64,000 nucleotides of DNA from a virus. The translations under genes were made by a program, and so were the position numbers. Below, one piece after another: positions 13,201 through 21,143 of this stretch. How positions within the stretch are numbered: the first letter of the stretch is position 1; each line of letters begins with the position of its first letter. The stretch is from positions 35,684 through 99,683 of the IMG/VR virus record IMGVR_UViG_3300037042_003896; one strand, given 5' to 3'. Below the pieces are notes generated by a model. That model was not told where the DNA came from and ran no database searches. It was given only the letters and a program-made list of their open reading frames with translations.

Positions 13201-16200
13201 TTGCTGAAAATGATGTAATCCCAAGTATACCTAATTGTTTTTTAATATAAGATTCTTCTACACCTGTCCATACATCTGAAGAAGTTAGTGATCTTGATAA
13301 TATAACACTATTACTATTTTTATTAAAAATATAAAAGGTTATCTTATTTTGTGATTTTCCTTTAAATCCTATAGTATAGAACCCATTACCTAAATCATGT
13401 GCTTGTAATCCCTCAGCACCTTCATTTATCATTGCATCAATGGTAAGATTGTAGTCTGCTTCAGGGGTTCCATATATACCCTGTCTTCCTTTTAATTCAT
13501 TTAATTTAATACCTAATTTATTTTCAATAGCTTTTTTTTCTTCTGCTATAGAACTTACTACTGTTTTAGTTACAGGTTTAGTAGGAGTGGTAGATTTTAC
13601 AACAGGTTTTGGTTTTTCAGAAATAGGAATTACAAAATCATCTGCTGTATCTGTTGTATAGAAATACACTCCTGTAATATTTGTATCTCCTTCAACATCT
13701 GTTTTTATTGGTCTTGTATTTGTTGTGAGAGGAATATCAGTTCTCTTCTTTCCATCAGGTGTTTTATTAGAAAGCAGGTAGGTTTGGTAATTAGGCCATA
13801 TAACACTCTTTATTTCTCCTGAAGATGATATGCTTATTATTTGCTCATACTCACTATTGAGGTCTTTTACTAATGTAGAATTGACATTGTTATACATATT
13901 ACTTATCAAGGTGATAATCTGTTCCTTGTTAAGTTGTAAAGAAGAAGGTGTAAATGGATAGTTTTTTCCATTACCAGAAATAGAGAGTAGAAATTGTCCT
14001 GTCTCACTATCTTTTTCCCAAAAGATACTATTGTATCCATTAGGTTTTCTTTCCTTGGTATTTGGGTCTCTTGGTATTCCCCAATATATAACAGATTTTA
14101 AATAGTTTACAAGTCTTACAGAACTAGGGTCTTTTATCCCTATGGATTTATCCATCATCTGTTTAGCCACTTGCATAATAGTATCAAATATACTCTCTGC
14201 TTCTGCTCTTGAATGTTGTTTATTATTTAATTTCCTGTATCCATTAGGAAGCTCAAGAAATATTCTACCTAAAGGTGTGAGGAAAGATGTAGTTCCTTTC
14301 TCATGTGTATTATTCAGATTAGGAATACTAATGAGTAAATCTCCTTCTATCTCTTCTTCAGAAACAAACTCACTATCTTCAACACTTACCCTTGCATTAT
14401 AATCAATCACTTCTTTACCATTCTGATCAGTGGTAGTAACAGGCATAGCATGTCCAAGAGAAGCATTGATTTCGTGCACTTCACTAAGGTCTTCTACCTT
14501 AAGGATTTTCTCTCTCCATTTTTTATATTGGTCTATAATACTATTCTTAACTTCTTTTGATGTACTTTCTCTGAACATTTTGCCTGAAGTTAATAGCTTA
14601 TCAGGCATGATAGTAAATATTCCTTTAGATAAGTAATCTGTAGCATTCTCTATCTTTACACCATTCTCATCAATAAGAGATAAATTTCCCTCCTTATCTT
14701 CTTCTACCATTACCATAGCAATGATTGAAGATTCATCCACACCTTCTTCATCATTTTTTAATAAGGACATTAATCCTTTAAGACCAAGAGTTTCTTCATT
14801 CTTTAAAGTAATGAATACTCCTTTTATCTTTTTCCTATTAGGAAGTTTATTAAGAAGAATACCAAATTTATTAGCTCTTATATGATGAGGAACCTCTGTA
14901 TCATCTAAAGGAATAGTTGATATGGGAACATATTCATCAGCTTTCTTTGCCTCAGCTTCAAACTTATGTGAATAGGGTAATTGAATAATTGTATCATTAT
15001 CCTCTGTTCCTAGTGCTTCTTTAATAAGCTGTTCATCTTTTGCCAATTTATCTTCTTCTTCTTTCTCCTGTAGATACTTATTAGCAATAGCTTCAAATTT
15101 AGCAAGGATAGCACTCTTAGCTTTTAATTCTTTTTTATATTCAGGAAGAGCTTGTTGTAATATAGCAATTCTATCTTGAAGTTCTTGTAAGGTACGTTCT
15201 CCTGGAACAATATCAAGATCATCAACTTGAGCAACCATTTCCTCAAGTTGTTTAAGTTCCTCTTTATAAGTAGGTTGACGTTTTAAGAAATTAGGATTAG
15301 CTTTTAGAAAATCAATCCATTCTTGTCCCATTATAAATGTGGGAACTTTTGGAAACTTTTGTGCAAATTTATCTAATAAATCTGATAGAAATGCAATTGC
15401 TTGATCTAACGCATCTTGAATTTTTGGAAGTACACTATGAATAATTTTAATTTCCTTTTCTGTACTATCAATTAATTCTTCCATTATTTTTTGTTGATCT
15501 CTTAATTCTTGTAAGAAATCATCTTTTCCTTCAGGAAGTTCAACTATATATTGAGCTGAATCACTAATATAAGAAAGATCAATATCAAGTTCATCTTTTC
15601 GTGCTTCAAGAAAAGCAAGTTCTTTTGTAAGATCGTCTTTCATTTTTTCAAGACGTTCTGCAGCTGCTAACATCTTTCTTGTAGCAGATTTAAATTGAAT
15701 CCTACCTTTAATACGTTTATCTACATCATTTTCAGTAGTAAGTATTTTTTCCTCAAGGGCATTGAGGTCTTTTATTATATTTTCAAGTTCTAATTGTTTT
15801 TTAGCAATTAACTTTTCTGTAGATTCTTGTTCTTCTACTATTTCTTTTGCAAGATCAGAAAGAATAACAATTCGTTTATTCCTATTTTCATCAATTGTTT
15901 CCTGTTCTTCTTTAGTTTTCTTTTCTTCTATAAAAGCTTTATTTGCAGCAAGCTGTTCTTTTGTTAATGCTTTTTCCCCTGTAAGTGTAAGTCTTGCTTT
16001 ATTAAAACCTTCTTGTGCTTTAAAATATGCATTGTCACTAACATCTTTACGAAGAAGTTTACCATTAGCTCCTATATATACAAAGAATAGTTTGCCATTT
16101 TCATATTGGAGTCTTCCTTTTTTCTCTCCGCCATAACCTTTTCCAAAATTATAACTATAAATCTCATTCCTATGTTCATAAAAAAACTTAGCAGTCTTAT

Positions 16201-18664
16201 TCTTTTCTAATACATCTGCTTTAGTTAACTTATAATCTTTTAATCTATCTTTAGGAATATCAAAAATTTTATTTCCTGTTTGAATTTTAATTGTACCATC
16301 TTCATTTTCACCTAAGATTTTAAGTTTATGTAAATCAATAGCTGAATTAATACCATTTGTTTCATAATCTACAGTTGTACCAAGAAAATATTCTACTCCT
16401 ATTTCAAATTCAGTTGCAACATTTTTAGTAGTGAGAGTAATAGTTTTTTTGATTGGCTCACCTTTTTCATCTAATTCAACTTCAGGTAAATCTTCAATTG
16501 TTTGTTCTTTATATTCTTTAGGATTGTTTTTTATATCAGTATATTCCTGTAAAAATAAATTCCTACGAACAGTCATTTGACCAACACTATATAATGCTTC
16601 TCCAACATCTTCCTGAATAGTAGAATCAAGAGTCTTGACTTTTTCCATAGCAGCATTATAACTTTCGAAATTTCCTGCTATAAGGTCTGCATTAACTGTA
16701 CTAATATCAATGCCTGCATTAACAAGAGTTGCTTCAACAGAAGGAAGCCTATCATCATAATCTGCCACCTTTGCTGCAGCATAGACCATCTTATCCATCA
16801 CTGCAGAAGTGTAGAGAGGTTTTTTATTCTCATCTACTTTTCCTCCATAGCGAAGATTGAGTGATTGATATAATGATTTTGTGTTTTCTGCAGTGGCTTC
16901 AAATTTCGCAAGTCTGGTTAAATATGCTTCTCTTGTATCTGACGCAAGAGCTTTTCCTTCAGCTTGAAGTTGTGCAAATCCTTCTTCAGTACTAGCAAGA
17001 GTTCTATATTCAGCAATGTCTGATCTTACAAGATCAAATCTACCATATTTAATACGAGGAGATAAATAATTAATAATATAATCAGCTTCTTTATCTTTAC
17101 TATCAGTAATTTTTCCTGCTTTTAAAAGTTCTTCCCTATCTTCTTGTAAAACAGTTCCTCTATTAACAGAATCTATTGTGTCACTTGTAAAATCAGAAAG
17201 TTTAGATTTATTAAAAGATTCAATCGCAGCTTTGGTATTTATATCTTTTGCAGAATTTTCTTTATATCTACCTCTGCCTAACATCAATGCTCCAGAAAGT
17301 CCACCAATAAGAATATTTTCCATACCCTCATCTGTACCAACTGTTTCTTTAATTCCTTCAAATATACTACCTATAGCACTTGTAGCACTATTATCATACT
17401 TCTTATCATAATAATCTTGTGTGCCAATTTGAATAGCATACTGCGCACCTTCTTCAAATCCTTCAGGTACAGAAAATGTATATGGTCTTATTTTATTTAA
17501 AGCAGATAAAAATTTATTACCAGTTACAGCTTTTTCTATAAATTTACCAGTGGTATCTGTTGTTACTTCTCCAATTTTTCTACTAACACCATTAATTATA
17601 TCCTTTTCTGCACGATAGGAAGATCCTAATATTTTTGGAAATTGAATATAGTTAGTAACACTTAATAGTGCTACGTTGGCTAAAAAGGAACTATTACCAA
17701 CAGACTCAGAAGCCTTATTAATTTTATCTAACTCTGCACCAATAGGATCAAGACCACCATGAGTATTTTTATATTCTTCTATTTTATCATCCCTAAATTG
17801 ATTCAGATTGTTAAATGCTTCAAATCCAGCTTCACCAGTTGTAGCAAGTCCTGCAACAACTGCTCTACTACCAGCATTTAATGTTTTATATGAACCTAAA
17901 AATTGATTTGATATAGCTTTTAACTTACCGTATCCTTCAGCAACTTTTCCTGCAGTGGCAGCAGCTGCTACAGCTTCTTCTGTACTAGCTGCTAACACTT
18001 CTGCACCTTTTCCTATAGATACTAATTTTGCTAATCCTGGTAAAAGACTTAATGATTTTAATCCTGTAGCAAATACACCTCCTGATAAAGCAGCTCCAGC
18101 AGCAAATCCTAAGTTTTTAACAATACCGTCCCAAAGAAAGTTTGCACTAAATAATTTAGAAGGAGAATACCACCTAGAATTTTTCTCAGCATCTGAATAA
18201 TAATTTGGTAAAATATCTTCTGCTGCTTTAGTAATTTCATCAATCTTACGATTAAAATCATTATCATAGAATGATGCAAATCTACCATCATCTATCATTT
18301 GATATACACCATTCAATAATCCTGCTGTAGATTGTACAAAGGTAGTACCAGTTAATAGTAAACCTTTACCTACACCATTAACCATTTTAGAAGTCCATCC
18401 TTGTCTTTGTGCAGCTGCGTCCTCATTATTATATCCATATAATACATTATTGTATCTTCCTGTTCTAAATGGCGCAGCTTCTTCCATAGTTACAGAAGAA
18501 GCATCATAAGATCTTGTGGGGGCAGAAATATAATTTAACGATGTATCATTCAATGGATTATATTCAGCTTGAACATTATTAAAAACAGGTCTTGCTGAAC
18601 CATTCGCATTAACTAAATCAGGAACTTCTGGACTACCAGAAAGATTAACTATAGGGTCTTGCAT
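4235..18664 (-). CDS. Giant virion RNA polymerase polyprotein (crAss-type two-barrel RNAP) with N-terminal ejection region, degenerate zincin, C-terminal SLOG and DUF4326-like domains
   Basis: 4809 aa; YRIPTQ and GADFDIDKL catalytic motif (DFDID at 8330-8344); HEVFE near 12440; YAGVGSRQTP..GADKAF near the C-terminus. Confidence 0.9.
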   Translation of the reverse strand: MQDPIVNLSGSPEVPDLVNANGSARPVFNNVQAEYNPLNDTSLNYISAPTRSYDASSVTMEEAAPFRTGRYNNVLYGYNNEDAAAQRQGWTSKMVNGVGKGLLLTGTTFVQSTAGLLNGVYQMIDDGRFASFYDNDFNRKIDEITKAAEDILPNYYSDAEKNSRWYSPSKLFSANFLWDGIVKNLGFAAGAALSGGVFATGLKSLSLLPGLAKLVSIGKGAEVLAASTEEAVAAAATAGKVAEGYGKLKAISNQFLGSYKTLNAGSRAVVAGLATTGEAGFEAFNNLNQFRDDKIEEYKNTHGGLDPIGAELDKINKASESVGNSSFLANVALLSVTNYIQFPKILGSSYRAEKDIINGVSRKIGEVTTDTTGKFIEKAVTGNKFLSALNKIRPYTFSVPEGFEEGAQYAIQIGTQDYYDKKYDNSATSAIGSIFEGIKETVGTDEGMENILIGGLSGALMLGRGRYKENSAKDINTKAAIESFNKSKLSDFTSDTIDSVNRGTVLQEDREELLKAGKITDSKDKEADYIINYLSPRIKYGRFDLVRSDIAEYRTLASTEEGFAQLQAEGKALASDTREAYLTRLAKFEATAENTKSLYQSLNLRYGGKVDENKKPLYTSAVMDKMVYAAAKVADYDDRLPSVEATLVNAGIDISTVNADLIAGNFESYNAAMEKVKTLDSTIQEDVGEALYSVGQMTVRRNLFLQEYTDIKNNPKEYKEQTIEDLPEVELDEKGEPIKKTITLTTKNVATEFEIGVEYFLGTTVDYETNGINSAIDLHKLKILGENEDGTIKIQTGNKIFDIPKDRLKDYKLTKADVLEKNKTAKFFYEHRNEIYSYNFGKGYGGEKKGRLQYENGKLFFVYIGANGKLLRKDVSDNAYFKAQEGFNKARLTLTGEKALTKEQLAANKAFIEEKKTKEEQETIDENRNKRIVILSDLAKEIVEEQESTEKLIAKKQLELENIIKDLNALEEKILTTENDVDKRIKGRIQFKSATRKMLAAAERLEKMKDDLTKELAFLEARKDELDIDLSYISDSAQYIVELPEGKDDFLQELRDQQKIMEELIDSTEKEIKIIHSVLPKIQDALDQAIAFLSDLLDKFAQKFPKVPTFIMGQEWIDFLKANPNFLKRQPTYKEELKQLEEMVAQVDDLDIVPGERTLQELQDRIAILQQALPEYKKELKAKSAILAKFEAIANKYLQEKEEEDKLAKDEQLIKEALGTEDNDTIIQLPYSHKFEAEAKKADEYVPISTIPLDDTEVPHHIRANKFGILLNKLPNRKKIKGVFITLKNEETLGLKGLMSLLKNDEEGVDESSIIAMVMVEEDKEGNLSLIDENGVKIENATDYLSKGIFTIMPDKLLTSGKMFRESTSKEVKNSIIDQYKKWREKILKVEDLSEVHEINASLGHAMPVTTTDQNGKEVIDYNARVSVEDSEFVSEEEIEGDLLISIPNLNNTHEKGTTSFLTPLGRIFLELPNGYRKLNNKQHSRAEAESIFDTIMQVAKQMMDKSIGIKDPSSVRLVNYLKSVIYWGIPRDPNTKERKPNGYNSIFWEKDSETGQFLLSISGNGKNYPFTPSSLQLNKEQIITLISNMYNNVNSTLVKDLNSEYEQIISISSSGEIKSVIWPNYQTYLLSNKTPDGKKRTDIPLTTNTRPIKTDVEGDTNITGVYFYTTDTADDFVIPISEKPKPVVKSTTPTKPVTKTVVSSIAEEKKAIENKLGIKLNELKGRQGIYGTPEADYNLTIDAMINEGAEGLQAHDLGNGFYTIGFKGKSQNKITFYIFNKNSNSVILSRSLTSSDVWTGVEESYIKKQLGILGITSFSAKEFIEAADLIPSKYNTKATVKLTGGKFILDGKTTNTYTSPKTGLSILFGAPANINESNFMKVISVLQGADLETIFANVSDRVKEANPKFTPKQVTEEAQKLIKRTIYDAIVPQLGKASNMESEEVFVIGEEDEEAEETAIVNVEKKIDEEAFEIPDDEENSDAVNEAINNALKNKNKQKPILREMLEKEIKDIKIENWAEIEEWIKTNFPNLPLYRVKNIISEIGGDRKAWGMLKNGALYIYEQAEVGTVYHEVFEAVWKLISSPEERASIENEFKSRKGTFTDRPTGKTIKYSEATPSQIKEQLAEEFRDYRVNKKIPQKPVDGRPFILKLFSDIVNLVKGWFGKENFSSLTEELFNKINTGGYKNNIPLETALSYASKGIIDIEDAYFTEADELSVVAITDIEKMEIVEEMTYLTLVDLVATDKGLFTLPTLNKTELYSKLKNEILETIANKVVAAYGLVENETLTLKQAKPTIDKYTNLMKLVDKQWESIVAKHEEFLRGYSIEFDENDTLQLTDENNTGRDNYQDATKIDNFKKTNAAIKLLLATMPKVYLDENSEEVAELSSIGGYKLIPMSETYVAIMNNVHTSRGLEEMFSRLRDMAVVNPNYRTLYKRLTKTDWVDKGVDFTKIETTHGLQLISTFWKTFKKQNPSVQNVFILENGEVVVGDANLSTAAAQLKSEYIHSIILFAKEGKGFYKYDKAKKKYVGVPAKVKDIDLNTNEKRVMFLSKLGISFTLKEINSFSKNLNKFQQFKETVDGIKASIANTDEIAMFSGKVLEINNRLLELALLKASLTHPEFDSTYFNVTGDRTQSFIGTNAPSDLYDVLSQIDNLNELKGTQYAYLLTDVFAQGSDVLKRMFKPSGERRTDIGSENLLKVGYVSGIINSVKGKQKQSSKLSYPERIIQGINLNLKGWFLNLIPADATTEWMINMGNPITTSNLSKGMVGVNRIFGEYFKAELALARDKRPLDRHRDKKLAKELRFFKEILGEKLHNDIIAETESIEDVYTKYESRINTALDKYITKKTNNLKWLLERFNILKQEETGWVAENINLPENMTENELNGHLKALSINFIIANIEMHKIIYSDPYQYWDELKRVKPFNSPAQPLVNDPKMNAAYNKVWNKGFNKGDIGYTDFTKPYFSTGTFADVIGIIDLPDYKEYEETNGSGIITFGAYRNFRIRAGEWNDNEEAQYRYDVAWEKNDKGLEFSLEENDILDKGNPMIQSAYTPLKPIARGNKANKRNYNDVVMDKYALYPLSYRMMKSVNKAGSKESSNAITLYNKMQNEKIDYMVFETGRKVGAEQLSPVYDANGNFVTTVYKGIVKIPFEILSIQAEVPSHDDNSVTRGSQITKLITMDYMEAGVPVDFNESEKNFNKRYKTWYALSEDAKKEASPLYKEIINNQNLLEELTQKGYENLLKTLGIKEENGTFTIVDLSKTGEMLRDEILKREVTDNISKALTSFLEGKSVLEATPAYQQIRNILYSIADREVISQKMPGGSKVQIPSLFFEEKRFGLTKIKGKKGYTSDVLRFYSEGENKTNTCEIMIGRWFDSPLSDEELLNYLNNTPEGQKILSGLAYRIPTQKQNSIEAFVIKQFLPKEFGDSVVVPAALVEKTGADFDIDKLFMYLKNVIKGKNGLELVNYLTDTNSTVGKRYYNWVKENVEKDVKKYKNFLSKGAVKELRDAFKNTLDEINNNYKTAVSEKKEELYSQYTELFNDVDYVLNVQMQNNYILELFKAGGKIFRVLPKETKTDYWKLKDSMLINDINGPQEIENYLALTLRKLERNEHPNDTQDLLSMVSLYEEELRVLGATSEYVKEYKEEALRVFREGKNETIQDIGEQSKQISANVKADYYSEKESINVQAAEEMAEIQGLPSLSEFGGFSLNKQNTKKALENAYIESSETLVLHPKNYKRLIQPNSATQLKDLAEEITIKVIGHKFDYTNINNMLDMGFMTRLRHAFVTGKYAIGIAAVNQTNHSLNQRQPIFIDKNKLTLVKEDGHWLGDAEIKFDKYNKITVDGRVVPTLSMIENADGQDISDIIGQFIDGYVDISKGPWIMELGATPNVASTYLFLIKLGVPVDTVAYFMNQPIIQDYLRTIESEGYSWLFIDKYVKAVKGEYASSITIPKEGFTIPSKSALKNLVGKKVANMNSSELVNQRLILDEFLKYAKMAEHMFLVTQGSNFDTATFNDPYLVFKKFKQLEKAQSTIISSVDKDGNIISGVDGLLDNSFIGALKTRIESLRDALAEILKSDQPRVRGIIEKVITPYIQMNDNDFVKLAQKAVNDLFDYALQTDTALNEEITDLLIKNGGAAKEVGTFIQHVKDHKGHSLHNNVVINLMQIVPSDKAGNASVTNVKVKSLQNKVYDQNNLIFAFREIRDYLKSQDSKLYDRLIRLAVLQSGLSKSTLSFTSVIPFEDFEEIYNETLSSLEKIPNLEQFYELGVFQRNNWNNDDVVPHVKAKYIKYKTEGGKYNPSMAFLPDNVKKATTAGNIPQMLTQSTLTKEAKSDFIVYSWEDISISNKDKKQGLSTIAKKKAYMRKIGDFSYIQKGLFQKVYDDFGTALIHRDYKGTEYFVYKATNAWGNGNKANEFYTEDRQSVIDNGFIKVESNPHDNHDIIDLFLDYAAKNDRKNPNKSLPLYENKTNMENPQYEGMPLFNALPSKSNTPTMTYAGVGSRQTPENVLSQMTEIATELESKGYTLNTGVTFYGKKEGADKAFDDGTKKKNLFSPEKQGSRAKEQAIAKEIHPAPEYLKGGGLKLMARNTNQVFGDNLNAPVDFVLFYAKETKGIRPEGGTGQAVEMARRKNIPTINMANPNWRQELDKVLSNSNSVNKPKQIGMGVAEEVYSKLGNKTVSENVKIVDKPYLYSDEQKRGKAIVAYKSTKMPVSFENPFHTSGKTTKENVIDFIDFFLNSNEPQAVWMRAKAMSGEFKGKPIYYGNTQANKENQPSHATAIDYLINKYDWNTNEIENVIAKKTVESKKCN

Positions 18665-21054
18665 TATTTCTGTAAGTTTAAATTTTTATTGATTTGTGCT
18701 GTAATCATTGATTCACTCAATAAAGCTAAATCTGCTTTAGCAATATCTTCATTCAAATAAATTCTATCAAATTCAACATTTTCAACTTTTTTAGTAGTAT
18801 TATTTTTAACATATACACTAGCGACATATCCCCCCCCTCTTGGCATAACTACTAAATCTGCACCAAGTGGTATATATTTAGTTGATGTACGCAATTGATA
18901 AAGTTCTTCAGAAGGAATAGCTGCAGTTTGCCAAGCATCAGGGTTTGTAGTGTATGCACCTAAATTTGTTGAACCATATTGACTAGTTGCAGCTCTTACT
19001 TGTAATGGATTAAATTTATAAGCATTGAAAGATTGTCCTGTTAATTGTTCAAAATCATTTTGTGAATCTATATTAACTTCTCTAACTTTTCCAGTATCAT
19101 CAGTTATTGTAGCAACACCTTTCCAAGTTCCACCAACTTCGTAAGGAGCACTTGCTTTAAATGATACCTTTGAATTAGGATCGGTTAAAGCTTTTAATGC
19201 AGCAGTTTGATCATATCCTGCTCCAGCTAAGTTTGTTGCATTAGAAATAAATGCACTCACTCTATTTTTTACAATTTTCATTTCTTTCTCATCTGTAGGA
19301 GTGAAAGAAAATACATCATCTGTTGTTGTAAATTTACCTAATCTTTCTTCTATCTGTTTACTTGCTACTTCAGGGGATACTCCTGTTTGTGCAACTTGTC
19401 TATAAATATCTTCTCTTGCTGCAAGTAATGTGGTATAATTATAATGACTTGTTTTATAGTCTGCCACTGCTTGTTTATCTGCATGAGTTAAGGTTACTCC
19501 CAGATCTTTAGCTTTATTATCTAAATTTAATATCCATCGTGTAACAAATTGTTGTGGAGTTTCATTAGTTGATTTTGACCAACCTTTTATATTTTGTAAT
19601 ATATCATTCTTAGTTAAAGGTTTACCGCTTTGAGTTTTACCATTATTACCTTTACTTAATAATGTAAATATTACATCAACACCATTAGCATAATTAGTAG
19701 CTTCCCAGGATGCTAATTGTTCCGTAGTTCTTTCCACTGCAGATTTTCCCATAGTTCCAGGAACATCAGCACTTAATCTCAATAGTTCTCCAGAAGCCCC
19801 TTCTCCTTCTTTTGGTTTTGCTTTCCATTGACCTGTTGCTCTATCAAATTCATTTTCCGCTGTAAATTTTAAATCTGCTAAATCAGCAGCTCTTAAAGCC
19901 ATTTTTTGATCAAATGCTTCTTGTCCTTGTTTAAATCTAAAATCTCTTTCGTTATTAAGTTGTTGTGTTAAAGGATTTGTAAGATTTGTAATCTTCTTTG
20001 TAGTGTCTGTAAATTGTGTAACTAAACTATTTTGAAAATTTGTTCTATAATAACTTTCTTTAAATGCATCTGGAGATTTTGTAGCTAATTCTGCAAGATC
20101 TGTATATTGTTTTTCATAAGTAATTCGTTCATCAGATAACTTTTTCTTTTGAGCTTCCAGAGCAAGTTTTTGTTCGGGAGTAGTTTTTCCTGTAAGTAGA
20201 GTATTTAATTGCCCTAAACTTTGATCTATTTCTGAAAAGACTCCTTCATATTTGGTAGCAAATACAGACAATATACTTTCCGCAGGAACATTTTTTGTAT
20301 TTGCCCAAGCGTCAATGTGTATTTGATTTTGAACATTCCCTTGTTTTAACACATTATTAATAATTGCCTGAACTGCTTTTGCATTGCTACTTTCTTCAAC
20401 ATGTGTCATAGTTCTTGCAGGAAGTGCTTCACCTGTTGCAGGATTAAACTTTATGTTGCCCTGTGTATCAGTTTGAAACATTTGTTCAAGAATTGATGAT
20501 TCTATTCCTGCATCTTTAACTTGTTTCTGTATTTCTTCTGTTATGTTTACATAAGGAGAATATTCTCCTGAAAAAGCAACTGGTGCTCCACGATCATCTG
20601 TTAAACCACTATTTAAATAAGGGTTTACAAATTTTTCATAAAAGAACTGTTCATTGTTTTTATCAGATTTACCTTCTTTTTTGTATCTATCCATCTCAGT
20701 TAATTGTTTTCTGAGTTTGGCAGTTGATGATACAGCATTTTGTATAAAGGAATCTTTTCCAATTTGACTAACCATTCCTCCTACAGAGGTAACAAGTTGC
20801 GAGTTAGAGAAATCTCCACCTGCAACTCCTCTAAGATTATTACCTAATGCGTTGAGTTTAGACTGTAAATAAGTTTTATCTACATCTTTATAAACATCAA
20901 GTCCAGCAACATTGTTAATTTGGGTCTGTATTTTTTGAACACCCTCATCATATTGCTTTTGTTTCTGCATACCCACTTCAACCATTGCCTGAACAGGTAA
21001 TTGTTGTACATATGGGTTGAAAGTTGGGATCTGTTTATCGGTAAATGAAGCCAT
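18664..21054 (-). CDS. Virion cargo/ejection protein
   Basis: 796 aa, helical; lies between the cargo genes and RNAP as in crAss-like genomes. Confidence 0.55.
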   Translation of the reverse strand: MASFTDKQIPTFNPYVQQLPVQAMVEVGMQKQKQYDEGVQKIQTQINNVAGLDVYKDVDKTYLQSKLNALGNNLRGVAGGDFSNSQLVTSVGGMVSQIGKDSFIQNAVSSTAKLRKQLTEMDRYKKEGKSDKNNEQFFYEKFVNPYLNSGLTDDRGAPVAFSGEYSPYVNITEEIQKQVKDAGIESSILEQMFQTDTQGNIKFNPATGEALPARTMTHVEESSNAKAVQAIINNVLKQGNVQNQIHIDAWANTKNVPAESILSVFATKYEGVFSEIDQSLGQLNTLLTGKTTPEQKLALEAQKKKLSDERITYEKQYTDLAELATKSPDAFKESYYRTNFQNSLVTQFTDTTKKITNLTNPLTQQLNNERDFRFKQGQEAFDQKMALRAADLADLKFTAENEFDRATGQWKAKPKEGEGASGELLRLSADVPGTMGKSAVERTTEQLASWEATNYANGVDVIFTLLSKGNNGKTQSGKPLTKNDILQNIKGWSKSTNETPQQFVTRWILNLDNKAKDLGVTLTHADKQAVADYKTSHYNYTTLLAAREDIYRQVAQTGVSPEVASKQIEERLGKFTTTDDVFSFTPTDEKEMKIVKNRVSAFISNATNLAGAGYDQTAALKALTDPNSKVSFKASAPYEVGGTWKGVATITDDTGKVREVNIDSQNDFEQLTGQSFNAYKFNPLQVRAATSQYGSTNLGAYTTNPDAWQTAAIPSEELYQLRTSTKYIPLGADLVVMPRGGGYVASVYVKNNTTKKVENVEFDRIYLNEDIAKADLALLSESMITAQINKNLNLQK

Positions 21055-21071
21055 GTCTTTTATAAAGTTAA

Positions 21072-21102
21072 CAAATGTAATAGAAAATATTATACAATCA
21101 AA
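21072..21102 (-). promoter_or_regulatory. Bacteroidota housekeeping-sigma promoter (-33 TTTG, 19 nt, -7 TACATTTG)
   Basis: Perfect match to TTTG-N19-TAnnTTTG, ending 17 nt upstream of the ATG at 21054. Confidence 0.75.
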
Positions 21103-21143
21103 GAATTATAATATATTCTGGTAATTTTATTTAATCAAATTAG

